Below are positions 58,367-64,000 of a stretch of DNA of 64,000 bases, one piece after another (position 1 is the first letter of the stretch; every line of letters begins with the position of its first letter). Below the pieces are notes generated by a model. The model was not told where the DNA came from. It did not search any database and saw only the letters and a program-made list of their open reading frames with translations. The position numbers and the translations under genes are program-made. Origin of the DNA: Acidimicrobiia bacterium (GTDB lineage: Bacteria; Actinomycetota; Acidimicrobiia; Spongiisociales; UBA11373). Where the stretch lies: NCBI GenBank assembly GCA_040878325.1, contig JBBDMM010000002.1, positions 62,001-126,000 on the forward strand. Reading direction: 5' to 3'.

Positions 58367-59284
58367 CTAGGGGGTGAGCGCTTCCCGCATCGCCTGCTCC
58401 AAGTCGGTGTCGCTGAATACGAAGCCGTCCGCCTGAAGGCGGGCGGGAACGGCGCGCTGCCCTTCGAGGACCAGAGCATCGGCGAGTTCGCTCCCGAGCA
58501 CGATCTTCAGCACGAACCCGGGTATCGGCATCACCGTGGGGCGGCGAATGACCCGACCGAGGGTCTTGATGAACTCCCGATTGGTGACCGGGTGGGGAGA
58601 CACCAGGTTCACCGGGCCGACAAGTTGGGAATCGACGAGCAAGTGGCGTATGCCGGCCACCTCGTCGCGAAGAGAGATCCACGACCAGTACATCTTCCCC
58701 CCGCCCACGGGACCCCCCAGGCCCCACCGATACGGACTCAACCACCGGGGCCCAAACGGGGCGAGCAGCCTCCCGAGGGCACCGCCGTCGGGGCTGAGCA
58801 CGATCCCGGATCGCGGCGTGACCACCCTGATCCCCGCGGCAGACGCCGGTGCGGTGGCCGCCTCCCAGGCCGCGGTGAGGTCGGTGAGGAACCCTTCACC
58901 CTTGGGGGCGTCATCGGTGAGGATCCGGTCACCGCCGTCGCCGAAGAAACCAGTGGCCGAGCCGTTCACCAACACCGAGGGCCGTTGCGCGGCAGCCGCA
59001 AGTGCCTGTGCGAGCACCCGGGTGGGACCTACCCGGCTTTCCCACAAGAGATGCTTCTCCCGGTCGGACCAACGACGCTCTCCGATCGATCGTCCCCCGA
59101 AATTGGCCACGCCGTCGAACCCTTCGACCAGGCGGGGTTCGAGCGGGTGCGGAGGGTCCCAGGCGATTCCCTCGGCCTTCGTCTCGGGGCGGACGAGGCG
59201 CACCACTTCGTGGCCTTCGCCGGCGAGGCGATCGGCGAGAGCGGATCCGATCAGGCCCGATGAGCCAGCAATGAGAAATCGCAT
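58367..59284 (-). CDS. TIGR01777-family NAD-dependent epimerase (YfcH-like)
   Basis: AGSSGLIG, SRVGPT, GFLTDL..AWE, GLGGPVGGG, WSWI, N.VSPHPVTNREF. Confidence 0.9.
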   Translation of the reverse strand: MRFLIAGSSGLIGSALADRLAGEGHEVVRLVRPETKAEGIAWDPPHPLEPRLVEGFDGVANFGGRSIGERRWSDREKHLLWESRVGPTRVLAQALAAAAQRPSVLVNGSATGFFGDGGDRILTDDAPKGEGFLTDLTAAWEAATAPASAAGIRVVTPRSGIVLSPDGGALGRLLAPFGPRWLSPYRWGLGGPVGGGKMYWSWISLRDEVAGIRHLLVDSQLVGPVNLVSPHPVTNREFIKTLGRVIRRPTVMPIPGFVLKIVLGSELADALVLEGQRAVPARLQADGFVFSDTDLEQAMREALTP

Positions 59285-59317
59285 TGGTCGCGAGGGTAAG
59301 CGCCTCGCCGCCCAAGG

Positions 59318-59397
59318 GGCCGACGGTCAACGGCCTACAGCCAGAATGTGCGGCAAAGCCCCGCGCGTCTCTTGCCGTCGGCAGTGGGCCGTGGGCC
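59318..59397. repeat. Degenerate heptamer inverted repeat (GGCCGAC/GGTCAAC/GGCCTAC versus GCCGT(C/G)G)
   Basis: ggccgac ggtcaac ggcctac ... gccgtcg gcagtgg gccgtgg. Confidence 0.6.
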
Positions 59398-60014
59398 TAT
59401 CCCCCTGAGTTGCGCAGCTCGGCTGCAGACCGGAGGGCCCCGTCGATGCGTTTCTCCCACTCCCTGGTCATCGCTCCCGCCGGGTCACCCCCGGGCGGAT
59501 AGTCCCCCGGTTGGATCGGCTCGCAAGCCACCACGGTCACCGGGTTGCGCGAGAGCCGCCGGACGCCACGTCCCAGCACCAGGTCGGTGCCGACAATCGC
59601 CATGGGGACCAGCGGCACCCCGGCGCGGCGCGCCAGCCAGGCAGCTCCCCGTTTGGGCTCGACCTCACCCCAAGCCCAGACGCGAAGGCCCTCGGGAAAC
59701 AACCCGACGGTCCCCCCGGCAGCGAGCTCGGCGAGAGCCACTCGCAGGGCTCCAAGCGGCGCCTTCGTTCTCGACATCGGAATGGCCCCGAGCCAGAGTG
59801 TCAGTCGGTCGAAGATGGTCGACCTTCCGAACAACTCGTCGACTGCGAGGAATCTGACCGGTCGACCAGCGCCAAAGCTCACCACCACCGGATCCACGTG
59901 GGAATAGTGATTGGCCGCGAGCACGAGCGGCCCGGCAGGAAGCTCCGGGCCGATTCGCTCGAAGTCTGCCCACAGCCGCGAAAGGGCGATCCCCACCGGG
60001 CGGGCGACCCTCAT
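59397..60014 (-). CDS. Lysophospholipid acyltransferase (PlsC family)
   Basis: ANHYSHVDP (HxxxxD), LFPEG, KRGAAWLA, VPLVPMAIVGT. Confidence 0.88.
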   Translation of the reverse strand: MRVARPVGIALSRLWADFERIGPELPAGPLVLAANHYSHVDPVVVSFGAGRPVRFLAVDELFGRSTIFDRLTLWLGAIPMSRTKAPLGALRVALAELAAGGTVGLFPEGLRVWAWGEVEPKRGAAWLARRAGVPLVPMAIVGTDLVLGRGVRRLSRNPVTVVACEPIQPGDYPPGGDPAGAMTREWEKRIDGALRSAAELRNSGG

Positions 60015-60045
60015 CGAGGGTCGGGCACCGAACGGGAAGCCGGGC

Positions 60046-61101
60046 CTAAGTCGCGGTTCCAAGGTCGGCAAACAGCGCCCCGAAGGCGAGCTCGGGTCGT
60101 TGGTTGGCGTTCATGGAGTCGACTGCGTCGAGAACGCGATGGGCCTTCGTCACAGCGCCTCGAGCCGATACTTCAGCCAGATCAGCCCCACTGACATCTC
60201 GATTCCGTACCGGTCCACCGTACTGGGCGACCGCGGCGTCCCGATACCACGATGCAAGAATCTCGAGGCCGGCGGTGTGCAGGGCGGCACCCGCTCGCCG
60301 GCGCTCGCGCTCGTGACGCTCCTTGATCATCCGGAGGTCGTGGCCCTGGTCTTCGCCTTGGGAGAGTTCCAGGGCATGACGATCACCCAGGCCTGCGAGA
60401 AGCGGCTCGACGGCACCCACCAACTCCTCGGCCAGCCGGTACGCATCCCCCGGGCTCGGGGTGACCCGCATCGGAACAGAAAGCCAGGCGGTGCGAAACG
60501 CCGCGACCTCGGGACGCGTCGCCAGCATCAGAGCGATGCCCGGGCGGCCGCCCGACGATGTAGCAACCCGCTCAGCCTGATCCGCCGAGATCCCTTGCTC
60601 CACCAGCGCCCGCGCGATCTCGGCCTCGGGCACCCGACCGAAGAATACGGTCCGAGAGCGACTCGACACCGTCGCGGGGAGGTCGTCGAGCGACTCGACG
60701 ACGAGCACGAACATCGTGGTGGCCGACGGCTCCTCGAGTGTCTTGAGCAGGGCGTTGGCCGCTTCGTCATTCATCGCGCCGGCCTCCTCGAACACGAACA
60801 CTTTGCGGGTGGCCTCGACCGGGGTGAGCACCGATCGAGCCACCGTGTCGCGCGCACGATCGACGGTGAGCGCCGAACGTCCGTCGGGTTCGACGAGCAC
60901 CAGGTCCGGGTGGTGGCCGGCCAACGCCCGACGGACGTCCCGCTCGTCGTCTCCGCAGAGAATGTGGGCGGCGAAGAGCCGGGCCACCGTCGCCTTACCG
61001 ACGCTGCCCGGGCCAACGAACATATACGCGTGCGAAGGCTGCTTGAGGTCGCCCTCGAGCATCTCGAGGACGGCTCGGTGGCCGATGATCTCGCGGAACA
61101 T
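60046..61101 (-). CDS. holB: DNA polymerase III subunit delta'
   Basis: SHAYMFVGPGSVGK, HPDL, AANALLKTLEEP, TVSSR; follows tmk. Confidence 0.92.
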   Translation of the reverse strand: MFREIIGHRAVLEMLEGDLKQPSHAYMFVGPGSVGKATVARLFAAHILCGDDERDVRRALAGHHPDLVLVEPDGRSALTVDRARDTVARSVLTPVEATRKVFVFEEAGAMNDEAANALLKTLEEPSATTMFVLVVESLDDLPATVSSRSRTVFFGRVPEAEIARALVEQGISADQAERVATSSGGRPGIALMLATRPEVAAFRTAWLSVPMRVTPSPGDAYRLAEELVGAVEPLLAGLGDRHALELSQGEDQGHDLRMIKERHERERRRAGAALHTAGLEILASWYRDAAVAQYGGPVRNRDVSGADLAEVSARGAVTKAHRVLDAVDSMNANQRPELAFGALFADLGTAT

Positions 61102-61706
61102 CAATGCCACCGGCCGTCGAGGGCGGCCATCGCCGCGCCAACCACCTCGTCGATCGAGCCCGAGGCATCGATGACGACAAAGCGGTCGGGCTCGGATTCG
61201 GCCAGCCGGCCATACGCCTCCGCCACCCGCCGGTGCAGGTCGGCTCCGGCCAGCGAAATGCGGTCGGCTTCATCTTCACGGGCCAGCCCATGGTCCGGGT
61301 CGAGGCGCAGCAGCAGGACGGTGTCAGGCCACACGCCCCCGAGGCCGGTTTCGTTCACCCGGCGGACGGCCTCGAGGCTGAGCCCGCGGCCCGCACCCTG
61401 GTACGCCAGCGAGGAGTAGACGCTGCGGTCCGAGATCACCGTCTTGCCGGCGGCGAGGGCGGGACCAACGATCGAGGAGGCCAGCTGGGCGCGGGCAGCG
61501 GCGAACAGCAGCGCCTCGGTCCAATCGGCGAGGTCGGATGAGCTTTCGAGCAGGATCGACCTGATGGCCTCCCCCGCGGGGGTGCCCCCCGGCTCACGCA
61601 CCCGTACCACCTCGATGCCCCGCACCTCGAGGGCCGTCGCCACCCCTGATGCGACCGTGGACTTCCCGGCACCGTCGACGCCCTCGATGGCTGCGTAGCG
61701 GCTCAC
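61101..61706 (-). CDS. tmk: Thymidylate kinase
   Basis: EGVDGAGKST, REPGGT, LLFAAARAQ, DRSVYSSLAYQG. Confidence 0.95.
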   Translation of the reverse strand: MSRYAAIEGVDGAGKSTVASGVATALEVRGIEVVRVREPGGTPAGEAIRSILLESSSDLADWTEALLFAAARAQLASSIVGPALAAGKTVISDRSVYSSLAYQGAGRGLSLEAVRRVNETGLGGVWPDTVLLLRLDPDHGLAREDEADRISLAGADLHRRVAEAYGRLAESEPDRFVVIDASGSIDEVVGAAMAALDGRWH

Positions 61707-63139
61707 TCGCCTCCGCCCTTGGGGTCTACCCGAACGACATCCAACTCGTTGGTCTCCTCGAGTCCCGCAATCCGCTTCCGGTGGTGCCGCATCGCCTCGA
61801 GAGCGGTGTCGACCTCAGGGCGCTCACCGATTTGGCCGAGGGCGATCAGGCTCCGACGAACGCTCCACATGGTCACCAGCCCGCTTCCGAGAATGGTGAC
61901 ACCGCCAACCAGCAGGACCATCCGCGATCCACTGGACATCAGTCCGGGCAGAACTCCGTTGAGAAGGTTGGAGAGCGGGATGGCGACCATCATCGCCGTC
62001 AGCAGGCCGATTCTCATCAAGGACAGAAGGGCGGCGAAGGTGCGGCCCCGCAAGTCATCCTCGGTCTGTTCGTGGAGGTGAGCGAATCCCAGTACATATG
62101 CCGCGCCAGCCCCAAGACCCATCGCCGAGATCCAGCCAACCCCGCCGAAGAGAGTCTTGACGAAGGCGGCAGAGGCGAGCGACACGCCCGTCACGAGAAG
62201 GGCGAAGGCGAATACCACGTCCTTGTTCTGGAACCGTGGCCCCCAGATCGTGACTCCCACGATCCCGGCTCCGGCGCCGAGTCCGAAAGCGGTCAGTAGC
62301 GCGGGAAAACCAACCGTGCCCGCACCGAGCACCGAGGTGGCGAACGGCTTGCCGAGCACGACAATGATCCCGCCGCCGGCAAGCGCGACTGTCATCGCCA
62401 GCACGACCGAGCGAATTCTCCGGTGGCTGGCCACGAACGTGATCCCCTCCCACAGGTCGCGCAGCGGCACCATCAGGCTGAAGCTCCGCTTCTGCCCGGG
62501 CCGCCGCTGCCGCCTCGCCTGGGCGGGGAGGGTGGTGAGGATCAGGGCAGACGCGATATAAGTCATCGCGTCCAACAAGAAGGCGAGCCCCACCACTGTC
62601 CCCGGTAGAAGACCACCAAGCGTGATGTCGTCGCTGATCGGTGCGATCGCGGTGAAGATCGCCGCGCCGAGCGGAAAGGTTCCGTAGGCCGCGCTCAGCG
62701 AGAGGCTGTTCGCCCTGACGATCTCGCTGCGTGCCACGAGTGTCGGCACCGTGGCCTCCTTCGCCGGCTGAAAGATGAGGGTGAGCGCTTCCATCGCCAG
62801 GCTTACGTAGATGAGAGCACCGATCGTCTCAACGAACGCCAGACTGAAGACAAGGCAAGCTCGCCCCACCTCGACTGCGATCATCACATACTTACGAGGC
62901 AGCCGGTCGGCGATGACGCCGCCGATGGCCGCGAAGAACAGCCCGGGGACGACTCGGGACATGAGGGCGAGCACGATGCCCCCGCCACCGGCGAGCTCAT
63001 CCGCGAGGGTGAGGGTGGCGAGGATCGCCACCCAATCGCCGGTGCTGCTGATCAACCCTGCGCGCCACAGCCGCGAAAAGGGGCCCGACCGCATCAGCGC
63101 CCACGCCGATCGAGGTACGGCCCCGGTTACCTGAGTCAC
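61703..63139 (-). CDS. MFS transporter (Tap/MFS_3-like) coupled to tmk
   Basis: About 12 TMs, GGVIADRLPRK motif A, FQPAKEATVP, LRGRTFA. Confidence 0.85.
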   Translation of the reverse strand: MTQVTGAVPRSAWALMRSGPFSRLWRAGLISSTGDWVAILATLTLADELAGGGGIVLALMSRVVPGLFFAAIGGVIADRLPRKYVMIAVEVGRACLVFSLAFVETIGALIYVSLAMEALTLIFQPAKEATVPTLVARSEIVRANSLSLSAAYGTFPLGAAIFTAIAPISDDITLGGLLPGTVVGLAFLLDAMTYIASALILTTLPAQARRQRRPGQKRSFSLMVPLRDLWEGITFVASHRRIRSVVLAMTVALAGGGIIVVLGKPFATSVLGAGTVGFPALLTAFGLGAGAGIVGVTIWGPRFQNKDVVFAFALLVTGVSLASAAFVKTLFGGVGWISAMGLGAGAAYVLGFAHLHEQTEDDLRGRTFAALLSLMRIGLLTAMMVAIPLSNLLNGVLPGLMSSGSRMVLLVGGVTILGSGLVTMWSVRRSLIALGQIGERPEVDTALEAMRHHRKRIAGLEETNELDVVRVDPKGGGE

Positions 63140-63189
63140 CCGATGAGGCTATCAGAGCCCTCCGTTGGACCCTCCGGACAAACCGAGAG

Positions 63190-63999
63190 CTACTCAGCGC
63201 CCGTCATTGCGTCCGGGGACTCCGGGACTCCCGCAGCCTCGGGGGCCTTCTTGCATGGCTTGATCTTCTTGCCTTCGGCTTCGAGCTTCGCCCGGCGTTC
63301 GGCAAGCAGCTCGGAGGCGCGTTCGATCGAGATCGATTCGACCGCGTCCTCGCGGCGCAGCGAAGCGTTGACCGAGCCATCGGTGACATACGGGCCGAAC
63401 CGACCATCGCGCACCACGACTGCGCACCCGGTTTCCGGGTCGATGCCCACCTCCCTCAAGGGACCGGTGTTCCTGGCACCTCGCCGCTTCGGCTGGGAAA
63501 AAAGCTCGAGTGCCCCGGCAAGGTCGATCTCGAAGATCTGCTCCTCCGTCTCGAGGCTGCGGGTGTCGGTCCCCTTTTTGAGGTATGGGCCGAACTTGCC
63601 GCCCTGGGCCGTGATTTGCTCCCCGCTGTCCGGATCGTTGCCGACAGTTCGAGGAAGCGCCAGAAGCCGGAGGGCGTCATCCATGGTGACCGTGTCCAGG
63701 CTCATCGACTTGAACAGCGAAGCCGTCTTCGGCTTCTTCTTCGAGTCCTCGGGCTCCACCAGAAGGACGTAAGGCCCGAACCTACCCGTCGTGGCAACCA
63801 CCTCGAGTCCGCTTTCTGGGTCGGTGCCGAGTTCGCGCTCACCTGATGGGGCGTCGAACAATTCCTCCACCTTCTCGGCGGTCAACTCGTCCGGTGCCAG
63901 GTCGTCCGGAACGCTCACACGACTCTCCCCGCGCTCGAGATAGGGCCCGTACCGGCCGCTCCGGAGCACTACATCGCCGCTTCCGCCCCCGAAGGGAAT
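63190..63999 (-). CDS. topA: DNA topoisomerase I, C-terminal part (gene continues beyond the window)
   Basis: Repeated GRYGPY/GRFGPY/GKFGPY Toprim_C repeats with a basic tail. Confidence 0.9.
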   Translation of the reverse strand: MPFGGGSGDVVLRSGRYGPYLERGESRVSVPDDLAPDELTAEKVEELFDAPSGERELGTDPESGLEVVATTGRFGPYVLLVEPEDSKKKPKTASLFKSMSLDTVTMDDALRLLALPRTVGNDPDSGEQITAQGGKFGPYLKKGTDTRSLETEEQIFEIDLAGALELFSQPKRRGARNTGPLREVGIDPETGCAVVVRDGRFGPYVTDGSVNASLRREDAVESISIERASELLAERRAKLEAEGKKIKPCKKAPEAAGVPESPDAMTGAE

Positions 64000-64000
64000 C

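Noticed and set aside
61101..63139. MFS-tmk as a broken fusion gene
   Set aside because: Clean GTGA coupling with its own SD (GGAGG); two intact genes, although fusions exist in other actinomycetes.

Overview
A high-GC actinobacterial chromosomal window, probably Acidimicrobiia-like; the taxonomy is inferred from gene content only. Most of it is core genome on the minus strand: topA(partial)-MFS-tmk-holB; sigR/sigH-rsrA; tilS-hpt-ftsH-folP-orf-folK; panG-panC-coaX-lysS; clpC; a BMP-type nucleoside ABC transporter; and radA-disA-carD-PIN/TRAM-ispD-ispF-cysS-rlmB. It also holds three tRNAs (Arg-CCT, Thr-TGT, Thr-CGT), a fluoride riboswitch with a fluC pair, a cytochrome c/CopB divergon and two DUF222/HNH paralogues. 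No CRISPR array, rRNA, integrase or transposase was found. The main observations are: (1) CarD carries an N-terminal histone H1/Hc2-like tract of 19 KKPVA-type pentapeptides. (2) At least 13 intergenic sites hold short 7-mer or 6-mer tandem repeats of many unrelated sequences, mostly as inverted arms, and two distant copies share an exact 32-bp core. (3) A GTCAyACC-N7-(T/C)AnnnT promoter resembling PafBC/RecA-NDp precedes both HNH genes and radA, and it exposes a frameshift in the second HNH gene. (4) folK and an M64 peptidase appear to start at ACG. (5) A catalytically degenerate phosphatase-fold gene sits in the folB position. (6) A surface protein carries ten eukaryote-like Cys-rich repeats. 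All calls come from reading the sequence by eye; no database searches were run.
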